Shown one piece after another: positions 27,057 to 36,870 of a stretch of 52,285 nt of DNA. The notes beneath the pieces are model-generated. The model was not told the origin of the DNA and searched no databases. It worked only from the letters and a program-made list of their open reading frames with translations. Numbering within the stretch: position 1 is the stretch's first letter; every line of letters begins with the position of its first letter. Both the position numbers and the translations under genes were made by a program. The stretch covers positions 1-52,285 of the forward strand of contig JBEKYR010000039.1 of assembly GCA_049510745.1 (NCBI GenBank). Direction: 5' to 3'. The stretch is from Verrucomicrobiota bacterium. Its GTDB lineage: Bacteria > Verrucomicrobiota > Verrucomicrobiia > Limisphaerales > Palsa-1400.

Positions 27057-30000
27057 GTGAGCACACAAACGCCAAGGTTTGTCGCCGCGATTTTCTTCGC
27101 CTGGTTCGCCCTGACCGGGGCCGGTCTGTCCCAAAGCAGTCTCCAGACCATTCACGGCCAAAGACCGCCGGGGATGGGCCAATTGAAGCCGCTCGCGCGC
27201 CCCGCGCCTTCGACCAATCTGAACCTGGTGGTGGGTCTCCCGTTGCGCCACCCGGAGGCGCTGGCCAGCTTGCTCCATCATCTCTATGACCCAGCCAGCC
27301 CGCGGTTTCACCAATACTTGACGCCTGGCCAGTTCGCGGAGCGATTCGGCCCGAGCGAGCAGGATTACCAGGAGGTCATCCATTTCGCCGCGGCGCGCGG
27401 CCTGACCGTCACCGGCGCCCATGCCAATCGAACTTTGCTGGATGTCACGGGATCGGTGGCGGATATTGAGAGGGTTTTCCACGTGCGCATGGGGGTCTAT
27501 CAGCATCCCACCGAGGCGCGCACGTTCTACGCCCCGGACGCCGATCCGTCCGTCGATCTGGCCGTTCCAATTCTGGCCGTCAATGGACTGGATGACTTTG
27601 TTTTGCCCCGTCCGATGAATCTCCACGTGGCTTTTGGCAGCACGAACGGGCCGTCCTATGTGTCCGGTTCCGGGCCGGGCGGATATTTCCTGGGCAACGA
27701 TTTGCGGGCGGCGTACGCGCCGGGCGTGGCGCTCAACGGAGCGGGACAAGCGGTCGGGCTGTTCGAGTTGGATGGCTATTACGCCTCGGACATCGCCGAG
27801 TATGAAAGTCTGGCCAAGCTGCCGAATGTGACCCTGACCAATGTTTTGCTGGACGGTTTTAACGGCGTGCCCGGCCAGAATAATATCGAAGTGGCGCTGG
27901 ACATTGACATGGCCATTTCCATGGCGCCGGGGCTGGCGGAGGTGATTGTCTATGAGGGTTCGACGCCGGACGATATTTTGAACCGGATGGCGACGGACAA
28001 CCGCGCCCGCCAGTTGAGTTGTTCGTGGGGCTTTGGCCCGCAAACGGACGCGGCGCGGGAACAGATTTTTGCGCAGTTCGCCGCGCAAGGCCAGACGATG
28101 TTCCAGGCTTCCGGCGACAGCGGGGCCTACGCGGGAGCGGTTTATCCGCCGTCGGATGACACGAACGTGACGGTGGTGGGCGGCACGTTGTTGACGACCA
28201 GCGGGCCGGGAGGGCCGTGGTTGGCGGAGACCGTGTGGCCCGAAAGCGGCGGCGGCTTTAGTTCCACCTTTGCGCTTCCCACCTGGCAGCAGGGCTTGGG
28301 CACGCCGGCCAATCAAGGATCGACAAGCTTCCGCAACATTCCGGACGTGGCGGCGCTGGCCGGTGTTTCCATTTGGCTGGTTGCGTTTAACGGCGAGCAA
28401 GGCCCCATCGGCGGCACGAGCGCGGCGACGCCGTTGTGGGCGGGTTTTGCGGCGCTGGCCAATCAGCAGGCCGCCGCGCGCGGCCAGCCGCCGATCGGTT
28501 TTCTCAACCCAGCCCTCTACGCCATAGGCCGGAGCGCAGGCTATGCGGCCGCTTTTCATGACATCACCGCCGGGAACAATACCAATGGCGTCAGCCCGTC
28601 CAATTTCTTTGCCGTTCCCGGCTATGATCTTTGCACCGGCTGGGGCACGCCCGCGGGGAGCAATTTGATCAACGCGTTGCTCACCGCGCCGGACGCGCTC
28701 CAGGTCTTCCCGGCAACGGCCTTGACGGCCGGCGGCGGAAAGGGAGGCCCGTTCAACCCGGCGGCGCAGAACATGGTCTTGACAAACATCGGCGCGGCTT
28801 CCCTCAGTTGGACGGCCGCCAACACGACCGCCTGGCTTGATGTCGCTCCGGGCGGCGGCACGCTGACGCCGGGGGGCGCGGGAGCGGTTGTGACGCTGAG
28901 CCTGAACTCCGCCGCCGGCAACCTCCCGCCGGCAAGCTATGCCGCGACCGTCTGGTTCACCAATCTGAACGACGGCGTCGCCCAGAGCCGGCGATTGATT
29001 CTGAACGTTGCCCCGGCGTCGTCCGTCCCCCTGATCCTCAGCCAGCCACTCAGCCAGACGGCGCCGCCCGGAGCGTCCGCGGTTTTCACGGTGACGGCCG
29101 TTGGAAACGCGCCCTTGTCCTATCAATGGCAGGAGGACACAACGAATCTGTCAGACGGCGGCAACATCTCCGGTTCAACCACCGCCGTGTTGACAATCGA
29201 CAATGTTTCATCGGCCGCCGCCGGAACCTATTCCGTCATCGTGAGCAACTCTCTGGGCTGGGTTTCCAGCACGGGCGCCGTCCTGGCGGTGGCATCGGTC
29301 ACGGCGCCGGGAGTGACATTTTCCACGCTCTACTCGTTCACGGGGGGAGCCGACGGGGGCAATCCCAACGGGTTGATGCAGGAAACCAACGGCAACTTCT
29401 ATGGCACGACCCAAAGCGGCGGCATCGAGGGCTCGGGCACGGTTTTTCAAATGACTCCATCCGGCGTGGTGACCACTTTGTTTTTGTTCAGCAATGCCGG
29501 CAGCGGCGGGTATTCCCCTGTCGCCGGGCTGGCGCAGGGCGTTGACGGCAATTTATACGGCACGACGGAGAATGGCGGCTCAAACGGCTGGGGAACCGTC
29601 TTCAAAACCACCACCAATGGGAACCTGACCACGGTGGTCACGTTCACCAGCGGCAACGGCGCCGAGCCTGATGAAACCATGATCGTGGGCGCGGATGGCA
29701 ATTTCTATGGGACAACTTTTGTCGGCGGAGCCAGCGGCGAGGGCGAGGTCTTCCGCATGACGCCCAACGGAGCGCTGAGCGTTTTGGCCTCGTTCAACGG
29801 CCTTAATGGCTTCAATCCAAGCGAACTGGCGCAGGGCGCGGACGGCAGCCTTTACGGCACAACGCTCGAGGGCGGGACCTATGGCGACGGCACGATTTTC
29901 AAAGTCACCACCAACGGCACGCTGACCAGCTTGTTTTCGTTCTCTTATACCAACGGCGGCTTTCTTCCTTTTGCGGGGCTGACGCAGGTTGCGGACGGCA

Positions 30001-32516
30001 GTTTCTACGGGACGACATACGAAGGCGGAGCGTTCAGCTACGGCACGGTCTTCAGCATGTCGCCCTCGGGCGGCGTGACAACGCTTTACTCGTTTACCGG
30101 CGGGAATGATGGCGGCCATCCCGCCGCCGAGCTGATCCTGGCCGCCGACGGGAATTTTTATGGCACAACCTTTGCCGGCGGGGCTTACGATGACGGCACG
30201 ATTTTCAGAATGGCGCCCGGCTACGCCCCTGTCACCCTCGTGTCGTTCGATGGCGACGACGGCGCCAATCCCCAGACGCCGCTGGTGCTGGGAGCCGATG
30301 GCAATCTCTATGGCACGACACAAAACGGCGGCGCCGGCGGCAATGGTGTCATCTTCCGTGTCAATATCAATTCTCCTTCCGTCCAAATCACGGGCCAGCC
30401 TGCCGGCCAAAGCGCCTTTCTCGGGGGGAACGCGGTCTTCAGCGTCGCCGTCGCGGGCAATCCTCCGCTCTTTTATCAATGGCGGAAAAACGGAGCGGAT
30501 TTGGCCGATGGCGGCAACCTTTCCGGCTCCATGACCCGCGTCCTGACGGTCAGCAACGTCGGCGTGTCGGACGCGGCCATTTACTCCGTCGCCGTCAGCA
30601 ACGCGGCCGGATCGGCGCTGACCAGCGACGGAGCGTTTCTCGAAGTGCTCGTGTCGCCGCCGCAAATCATCACGCCGCCGGCCAGTCAGACGGCCGCGGT
30701 GGGAGGGGCCGCCGTGTTCAATGTGGCCGCCGTGGGCGATCTGCCGCTGGCTTACCAATGGCAAAGCAATCAAATCAATCTGGCCAATGGCGCCACTGTC
30801 TCCGGCGCCACGACCAGTTCCCTGACTTTAAGCGGATTAACTCAACGGAGCGACGCCACGTATTCTGTGATCGTGAGCAATGCCGCCGGCGCGGTCAGCG
30901 CGGCCGCGACCCTGGCCGTTTTTCCCGTCAGCGCGCCGGGCACCAGGGTGGCCTCGCTTTACTGGTTCACCGGCGGCAACGACGGGGGTTTCCCCAACGG
31001 TTTGACCCTGGGCGCCAATGGGGTTCTCTATGGAACCACACAGGGGGGCGGCGCTTACCACGATGGAACCGTCTTCAGCGTCACGACCAACGGCGCGTTC
31101 ACCACCCTCGTTTCATTCAACTTGACAAACGGCTCCAGCCCCGGGGCGGCGCTGGCGCCGGGCGCGGACGGCAATTTTTACGGCGTTACCGCGTCGGGCG
31201 GAATGAATTCCGGGGGCACTGTGTTCCAGATGACCCCCGATGGCGCGCTCACCACGCTGGCCCTGTTTACGAACGAGGCCAGCGTCAATCCCTATACCGC
31301 GCTGGCGCAAGGGGCGAACGGCAACTTCTACGGCGCGACGGAGAACGCCTACACGAGCGGCGACGGCAACATCTTCGAAATGACTCCGTCGGGGACGCCT
31401 GGCATTGTCTATTCGTTTACCGGCGGGCTGGACGGCAATGCTCCGGTGGGCGCGTTGGTTCAAGGCGCGGATGGCAATTTTTACGGCATGACGGCGGGCG
31501 GCGGCGCCCACGGCCACGGCGGTGTTTTCAAAATGACTCCCGCCGGCGCGCTGACCAATTTCTATTCGTTTACCGGCGGCGCCGACGGCTATAACCCCGC
31601 CGGCGCGTTGGTCCAGGGCACGGATGGCAATTTTTATGGGGTGACGAAACGCAACGTCATCAGCGGCTTTGCCTTCTACGGCACGATCTTCAAGGTTTCC
31701 ACCAACGGCGCGCTAACCACGTTGTATGCGCTCAATCCAAGTGTTTATGGCGATGGCGCCTATCCTTTCGCCGGATTGATTCAGGGGGCGGACGGCAATT
31801 CTTATGGCACCACTTACCTGGGCGGCGCCGCCGGCAATGGCACGGTGTTTAGAATCACTTCCGCCGGCGCGTTCGCCACTCTCGTCTCATTCAATGGCTC
31901 CGATGACGGCGCGCAGCCCGAGGCCGCGCTGGCGCAAGACGCCGAGGGCAATTTTTACGGCACGACCACTTCCGGCGGTCCCTACGGCAAAGGCTCCATT
32001 TTCCGGTTAAGCATCACTTCGGCCCCGCAAATCACCACCCAACCGGCCAATCAGACTGCGTTCGCGGGGGCCAGCGTGGTGTTCAGTGTGGCCGTCTTCG
32101 GCGCTTCGCCTTTGAGCTACCAATGGCAGGAGAACGGAAACAATTTAACCGATGGCGGCAACGTTTCCGGGTCCACTTCGCGCATCCTGACTCTCAGCGA
32201 TATAACCGCGAACAACGCTGGAAGCTATTCCGTCATCGTCAGCAACGCGCTTGGCGCCGTCACCAGCACGAACGCGACCCTCGTCGTGGAAACGCCGCCG
32301 GTCTTCCAATCCGCCGCGCAAGCCGGCGGAGCGCTGACGCTGACCTGGAGCGCGTCGCCGGGCCAATCATACCAGGTGCAATCCACCACCAATCTGGCTT
32401 CACCCAACTGGATCAGTGTGGGCGGCGCCCTCACGGCCACCAACTCCAGCATGAGCGCCTCCTACGGCATCGGCTCCAATTCCCAGCAGTTCTATCGGAT
32501 ACTCCTGTTGCCGTAA
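27057..32516 (+). CDS. S53 (sedolisin/kumamolisin) protease with pro-domain, Ig domains and GloVer-type propeller repeats
   Basis: Pro-domain YLTPGQFAERFGPS; catalytic EVALD, ASGDSG, GGTSAATP; GYDLCTGWGTP; many QGADGNFYGTT..GG...GTVF repeats; start 27021 or 27057. Confidence 0.92.
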   Translation: MSTQTPRFVAAIFFAWFALTGAGLSQSSLQTIHGQRPPGMGQLKPLARPAPSTNLNLVVGLPLRHPEALASLLHHLYDPASPRFHQYLTPGQFAERFGPSEQDYQEVIHFAAARGLTVTGAHANRTLLDVTGSVADIERVFHVRMGVYQHPTEARTFYAPDADPSVDLAVPILAVNGLDDFVLPRPMNLHVAFGSTNGPSYVSGSGPGGYFLGNDLRAAYAPGVALNGAGQAVGLFELDGYYASDIAEYESLAKLPNVTLTNVLLDGFNGVPGQNNIEVALDIDMAISMAPGLAEVIVYEGSTPDDILNRMATDNRARQLSCSWGFGPQTDAAREQIFAQFAAQGQTMFQASGDSGAYAGAVYPPSDDTNVTVVGGTLLTTSGPGGPWLAETVWPESGGGFSSTFALPTWQQGLGTPANQGSTSFRNIPDVAALAGVSIWLVAFNGEQGPIGGTSAATPLWAGFAALANQQAAARGQPPIGFLNPALYAIGRSAGYAAAFHDITAGNNTNGVSPSNFFAVPGYDLCTGWGTPAGSNLINALLTAPDALQVFPATALTAGGGKGGPFNPAAQNMVLTNIGAASLSWTAANTTAWLDVAPGGGTLTPGGAGAVVTLSLNSAAGNLPPASYAATVWFTNLNDGVAQSRRLILNVAPASSVPLILSQPLSQTAPPGASAVFTVTAVGNAPLSYQWQEDTTNLSDGGNISGSTTAVLTIDNVSSAAAGTYSVIVSNSLGWVSSTGAVLAVASVTAPGVTFSTLYSFTGGADGGNPNGLMQETNGNFYGTTQSGGIEGSGTVFQMTPSGVVTTLFLFSNAGSGGYSPVAGLAQGVDGNLYGTTENGGSNGWGTVFKTTTNGNLTTVVTFTSGNGAEPDETMIVGADGNFYGTTFVGGASGEGEVFRMTPNGALSVLASFNGLNGFNPSELAQGADGSLYGTTLEGGTYGDGTIFKVTTNGTLTSLFSFSYTNGGFLPFAGLTQVADGSFYGTTYEGGAFSYGTVFSMSPSGGVTTLYSFTGGNDGGHPAAELILAADGNFYGTTFAGGAYDDGTIFRMAPGYAPVTLVSFDGDDGANPQTPLVLGADGNLYGTTQNGGAGGNGVIFRVNINSPSVQITGQPAGQSAFLGGNAVFSVAVAGNPPLFYQWRKNGADLADGGNLSGSMTRVLTVSNVGVSDAAIYSVAVSNAAGSALTSDGAFLEVLVSPPQIITPPASQTAAVGGAAVFNVAAVGDLPLAYQWQSNQINLANGATVSGATTSSLTLSGLTQRSDATYSVIVSNAAGAVSAAATLAVFPVSAPGTRVASLYWFTGGNDGGFPNGLTLGANGVLYGTTQGGGAYHDGTVFSVTTNGAFTTLVSFNLTNGSSPGAALAPGADGNFYGVTASGGMNSGGTVFQMTPDGALTTLALFTNEASVNPYTALAQGANGNFYGATENAYTSGDGNIFEMTPSGTPGIVYSFTGGLDGNAPVGALVQGADGNFYGMTAGGGAHGHGGVFKMTPAGALTNFYSFTGGADGYNPAGALVQGTDGNFYGVTKRNVISGFAFYGTIFKVSTNGALTTLYALNPSVYGDGAYPFAGLIQGADGNSYGTTYLGGAAGNGTVFRITSAGAFATLVSFNGSDDGAQPEAALAQDAEGNFYGTTTSGGPYGKGSIFRLSITSAPQITTQPANQTAFAGASVVFSVAVFGASPLSYQWQENGNNLTDGGNVSGSTSRILTLSDITANNAGSYSVIVSNALGAVTSTNATLVVETPPVFQSAAQAGGALTLTWSASPGQSYQVQSTTNLASPNWISVGGALTATNSSMSASYGIGSNSQQFYRILLLP

Positions 32517-32744
32517 AGAGTGCTTGCGATTATCCTCAAGCGATTTTTCAATCGGCGCACGCGGATCGGCAGATATGTGGATTTCCCCGCTCCGCGTTGC
32601 GCCCCGGCTGCCCTCGCAACCCTGGGGCCAATGCCGCCAACGCCAGGGAGCGATTGCGCCAGTTCGTCACTTTTCTCGAAACGATGATCTCGATGGTCGA
32701 GTTAGGGCTTGACAGCCACCGAAACCTTTGCGATATACCCTTTT

Positions 32745-33161
32745 ATGAGCGACAAAATTATGTTGAGTGTGGAGCTTTTAGAGGAAAATACGACCAATCC
32801 TAATACCTTAAAGTTCAATGGCGAGCAACGACAATTGAAATTGCCATCTCCGCTTTGGAGGAATGTTCCAGTCGGCCGCGACCCAGCACGTTACAGAGTT
32901 CCAGCAATCCCGAAAGAACCTGGTTTCTTGGATATTCGAGTTTATGAGCCAGTTGAGGCAGATCGTTTTAACTCATACGCCGACAAAAGATGTTGTGCTA
33001 TCCTGACCAGCGAGTCTGGTACTTCCATCGTGATCCAACGCTGCCTGCACTGGGAGGTTAAAATCCAATATTTCCAAAAGGACGGCATCGTATCGCTCAC
33101 AGGCCCATTTTGGGGCTTTGTGCCGGGAAATCCCATCCAACTTTCAGTTCGTTCACAATGA
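32745..33161 (+). CDS. Hypothetical protein (low-GC islet)
   Basis: ORF ATGA-coupled to the next gene; start uncertain. Confidence 0.55.
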   Translation: MSDKIMLSVELLEENTTNPNTLKFNGEQRQLKLPSPLWRNVPVGRDPARYRVPAIPKEPGFLDIRVYEPVEADRFNSYADKRCCAILTSESGTSIVIQRCLHWEVKIQYFQKDGIVSLTGPFWGFVPGNPIQLSVRSQ

Positions 33162-34327
33162 AGGAACCAGGGTATATTTATATTTTGGTCAACCCTTCAA
33201 TGGACGGGTTCGTAAAAATCGGCAAAACAACTCGCGAACCGGAAGCCCGCGCCAAGGAACTTTCTCAGGCGACCGGCGTTGCAACCCCGTTCTATGTAGC
33301 CTATTCAATTCGAGTCGCCGACTGCCAAAGTGCCGAAGAATACGTTTATACGGTTCTCGAGTACAACGGATTCCAGCGTACGCCGAATCGGGAGTTTTTC
33401 AGAATACCGTTGCGCAAAGCCATTGAAGTTTTGATGCTTGTTGAACAGCAACTCCAAAAGGATACCGATTCGTCGGAGGCAAGCGGTCAAGAAAGTGCTT
33501 CTCTTGGTGCTGGGGAAATAGAAGCCAAATTTGGCTCGGAAGAACAGCACCCTGGTCGGCCTATATATTGCGAAGCAGTGGCCGCCTTTCTCGGTCTTGG
33601 TGACGCAATCAAAGACGAAGATGAGGCATTACGCCTGCTCTTTCAGGCCAAGGTATTGAACTTTCCCGCCGCATATACTGCGCTGGCATGGTACTACAGG
33701 ATGCACGCCCCGTGTGTAAGCGACGAAGACTACTACAACCGAAACCGTCAAGCGATGGACATTCTCAAGGAAGGTGTAGTGAAGGGACATGGCAGGTGCT
33801 ACATAGCCATGGCACATCTCTTCAATGGGGAGAGCAACGAAAATGCAGCAAAGTGTTGGAAGAAGTATTTCTTAAGCGAAACATTCGCGAAAGACGATGA
33901 CGAACGGTGGACTAAAGATATTAACGAACTTGCTATTGGTGACAGCGGCAGCTCAAGGGTTTTACATTCGTTGACGTACTTTATTTTCCTCTCTTGGGGT
34001 TCAATTAAGGCCGACGACGATATCAGAAATCTCTTGATACCGTTACGGGAGGAAATCCTTCTGATCATTCAGAGGCAACTGGATTACTCTCGAAATCAAA
34101 CAAAAGGAGCGGTGATTTTGCCTGCAAATCTCACCGATCCGCAAACCGACGGTGAATTTATCGATCTAAGTTTGGAAATTTTCGATCTGAACGCAAAACT
34201 GCTACGCACAAAGAGCTTGGTGCAGTTCGTCGTCTCTCGAAATCAAACTGGACGTGAATATATAGATCTAAACGAAAAACTGTTTCGCTTTGCTCAAGAT
34301 TACTTTGGCATTCAACCCCCAACTTGA
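33158..34327 (+). CDS. T5orf172/GIY-YIG-domain protein with Sel1-like helical C-terminus
   Basis: GYIYILVNPSM.G.VKIGKTT.....RAKELS.ATGV..PF...NREFF; DEALRLL..A / AAKCWKK helices. Confidence 0.85.
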   Translation: MKEPGYIYILVNPSMDGFVKIGKTTREPEARAKELSQATGVATPFYVAYSIRVADCQSAEEYVYTVLEYNGFQRTPNREFFRIPLRKAIEVLMLVEQQLQKDTDSSEASGQESASLGAGEIEAKFGSEEQHPGRPIYCEAVAAFLGLGDAIKDEDEALRLLFQAKVLNFPAAYTALAWYYRMHAPCVSDEDYYNRNRQAMDILKEGVVKGHGRCYIAMAHLFNGESNENAAKCWKKYFLSETFAKDDDERWTKDINELAIGDSGSSRVLHSLTYFIFLSWGSIKADDDIRNLLIPLREEILLIIQRQLDYSRNQTKGAVILPANLTDPQTDGEFIDLSLEIFDLNAKLLRTKSLVQFVVSRNQTGREYIDLNEKLFRFAQDYFGIQPPT

Positions 34328-34403
34328 TGCCCTCGAACACAGTCGAAATGAGAGTTTTTAGGATGGAATCTAATTGAACCGCACCCTTACAGTTTCACAT
34401 CTT

Positions 34404-34958
34404 CTACACATTTACCTTATGTACACCTTGATGATCTGAGGTTGCGTATTCAATGTAAAGCACACCACAACGACGTTGATCGATTAGGTGTTGTTTTACA
34501 GGAGATTCAAGTGCAAGCCAAGTTGACTCCCTGTGGGGATGCCCAGGATGAATCAATGTCTCATATTCCGTGAAAGGGCTTGCTGGTCCGGGACGGAATT
34601 TTAATTCAAAAGCATCTTTATCAACAATACGATCTGATTTTGGATGAATACGAAGTTGTGTGGGTTTATTCCAGAGCCAAAGCGTCCACCAGTGCCTTTG
34701 CTTCGCGCAGAAATAGGCTCTCGCTATGTATAAATTAACTAGACCCGCATTACTCAAGTGAATTTGCAATGATTGAGCCGCGCTTTGCGGCGGCACAGAG
34801 ACGGGTCCGCCACTGGTTACATTTACATGAAGGTGTTCATATTTTCGAGGGAAGGCCCTCCGAATCAACCCCAATACACCGAAGCCGAAAAGCATTTCGA
34901 GAAATCCATGTTTTGTAAACCATTCCAATCCATCCAATGCTGTATTCCAAATGTTCAT
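34404..34958 (-). CDS. Hypothetical protein with N-terminal TM
   Basis: 184-aa ORF in AT-rich DNA. Confidence 0.65.
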   Translation of the reverse strand: MNIWNTALDGLEWFTKHGFLEMLFGFGVLGLIRRAFPRKYEHLHVNVTSGGPVSVPPQSAAQSLQIHLSNAGLVNLYIARAYFCAKQRHWWTLWLWNKPTQLRIHPKSDRIVDKDAFELKFRPGPASPFTEYETLIHPGHPHRESTWLALESPVKQHLIDQRRCGVLYIEYATSDHQGVHKVNV

Positions 34959-35187
34959 GGAAACGGGTTAGTGCCGCATAATCGCGTATTGTCGTTTTCT
35001 TCCCGCATCGCGCAAAAGTTTCGCCCTGGAAGCAGCAGCAGTCAAGTGTAATCGCTTGCACCAGGCCGGGTCAGCAAGCTGCCCACCATCACAACCGGCC
35101 GCCCGAATTCGGGCTGAGGCGCGATCAATTTCGGCAGACGTTCAATCCAGAACTCGACGTTGCAGATCAGGCGATTGGCTGCTCATG

Positions 35188-35257
35188 ACTGAAATAGAAA
35201 ACTCGCCTATTTCAGTTTAAAGGCAAGAACTGAAACAAGAGGATTCCTTGTTTCAAT
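35188..35257. promoter_or_regulatory. Two related 29-bp palindromes (operator-like)
   Basis: ACTGAAATAG-N9-CTATTTCAGT (35188-35216) and ACTGAAACAA-N9-TTGTTTCAAT (35229-35257). Confidence 0.6.
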
Positions 35258-35263
35258 TCAATT

Positions 35264-35695
35264 TCACTCCGCGTCGATTTCGCGGATGCGCTCGGCGTGA
35301 CGGCCGCCGGCGAAGGGCGTGTCCAGCCAGACTTTGACAATTTCCAGGGCCAATTCCAGCGGCATCATGCGCGCGCCGAGGGACAGGACGTTGGCGTCGT
35401 TGTGCTCGCGGCCCAGGCGGGCGCTTTCGAGATTCCAGCAGAGCGCGCAGCGGACCCCGCGCACGCGATTGGCCACCATGGCCTCGCCGTTGCCGGAACC
35501 GCCCAGGACGACGCCCCGTTCCACTTCTCCCCGCGCCACCGCCAGCGCCACCGGCCGGATAAAAAGCGGGTAGTCCACCGGGGTCTCGCTGTCGGTGCCG
35601 AAATCGCGCACCTCGTGGCCCAGGTCGCGGAGCAATTGCTTGATCCGCTCTTTGTATTCAAATCCGGCGTGGTCTGAACCGATGCCAATTTTCAT
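35264..35695 (-). CDS. rpiB: Ribose 5-phosphate isomerase B
   Basis: IGSDHAG, VDYP, GGSGNGE, HNDANVL, F.GGRH. Confidence 0.95.
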   Translation of the reverse strand: MKIGIGSDHAGFEYKERIKQLLRDLGHEVRDFGTDSETPVDYPLFIRPVALAVARGEVERGVVLGGSGNGEAMVANRVRGVRCALCWNLESARLGREHNDANVLSLGARMMPLELALEIVKVWLDTPFAGGRHAERIREIDAE

Positions 35696-35896
35696 AAAGC
35701 TGCGCGGGAAGGTAGCAAAGGACTGCCGCGCTGAACACCGAAAACCGCCAAAATTCCACAGGGCGCCAATTCCAAGCTTACGGAGGCAGGGCAGGTCAAT
35801 TTCCCCTCGCGCATTTGCGCCGAGGCGTAGGGATGTCCCTGGGGTTTGTCGGCGCTGAGGATGTGCGTAATCTGTTCGTCACGCTTTGCCCTCGCA

Positions 35897-36139
35897 TCAG
35901 GATTTGCCGGAGTCTTGCCCATACGCAGGCGGCTCTTCGCGGAGCGCGGGAGTGCCAGCCTGCTGTTGCTCCACGTAACGGCGCAATTGCTCCGCGTTCG
36001 CGATACTCGGGCCGGAAGGGGAAATACCCGCCGCCGCCCGGCGTACCAGTTCGCCCAGCCGGTTCAAGTCGCATCCGGCCTCCTGCCAGAGGGACTCCCG
36101 GATTCGCCTCACTTCGGAAACGATTGGATCATCTTTCAT
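35897..36139 (-). CDS. Putative antitoxin partner of the PIN protein
   Basis: MKDDPIVSEVRRIRE pattern; 3 nt downstream of the PIN gene. Confidence 0.7.
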   Translation of the reverse strand: MKDDPIVSEVRRIRESLWQEAGCDLNRLGELVRRAAAGISPSGPSIANAEQLRRYVEQQQAGTPALREEPPAYGQDSGKS

Positions 36140-36142
36140 GGT

Positions 36143-36613
36143 TCAGTCTCCCATCAATTCATCGGGAGTGCAAATGGCAGGCAACCGCCAACCGGCACGG
36201 GAAGCCACCTCCTGCATTCGTCCGACCAGTTGTGCGTTGGCCAGGTGAGCGCAATTCCACGTCAGCAAATAATTCACCCCTCCGGCCACGGCCAGTGCCA
36301 GATGCAGGGCGTCTGCCTGCGCGTTGTGCGGCAGCGCCCCGGCCGCCACAAATTGGCCGGCCAGCCGCAGAACCTCCGGGGTCGTTTGCAGTCGCGGCAG
36401 CCCCGCCGCCAGCCGCAACCGCGCTCCCGACGGCGCGGCGTCACCGCGGCTGATTTCCGTCACCAGAAAATCCGATACGACACAAATGAATTCATGCCGC
36501 CGTTTCGCCCACCAGTCCGCCGTCGTCCGTTGATGCCCTGCCACCACCACATCCCGGCTGGGTCGGGCGACCAGATAACTGAAGATCGTAGTTTCCAAAT
36601 ACACCGTTTCCAT
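36143..36613 (-). CDS. PIN-domain (VapC-like) toxin
   Basis: VYLETTIFSYL...EI..GD...DALHLA.A...YLLTWNC.HLAN. Confidence 0.88.
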   Translation of the reverse strand: METVYLETTIFSYLVARPSRDVVVAGHQRTTADWWAKRRHEFICVVSDFLVTEISRGDAAPSGARLRLAAGLPRLQTTPEVLRLAGQFVAAGALPHNAQADALHLALAVAGGVNYLLTWNCAHLANAQLVGRMQEVASRAGWRLPAICTPDELMGD

Positions 36614-36812
36614 GCGTCCTTCGCTAGTCGACGGTCAACATGCGCAAGCCCTCGTTGCCGCGTGGGTCAAGCACCGTCAAGCCGAGGATAGATATTGTCC
36701 TGCCGGTGCTCACGGGGCAGAGTGTGCGGTGGACTGTCCAGAACGGCAATTCAAATGCAAGAGGACCAGGGCGCCCGGATTCAAGTAATCGTGGCTTCAT
36801 TGTCCGCCGACG

Positions 36813-36840
36813 TGTCCGCCATAGTTTTAACGAATGCGGA
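36813..36840. repeat. Degenerate REP-like palindrome
   Basis: TGTCCGCCATAGTTTTAACGAATGCGGA (TCCGC...GCGGA arms). Confidence 0.4.
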
Positions 36841-36870
36841 TGGAATTTGAAATTGGCCCGGCACGGACGC

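Noticed and set aside
34971..34998. dif/Xer or attC-like site GTGCCGCATAATCGCGTATTGTCGTTTT
   Set aside because: The left arm resembles an XerC box, but the right arm does not match TTATGTTAAAT and no partner site or attC stem was found.
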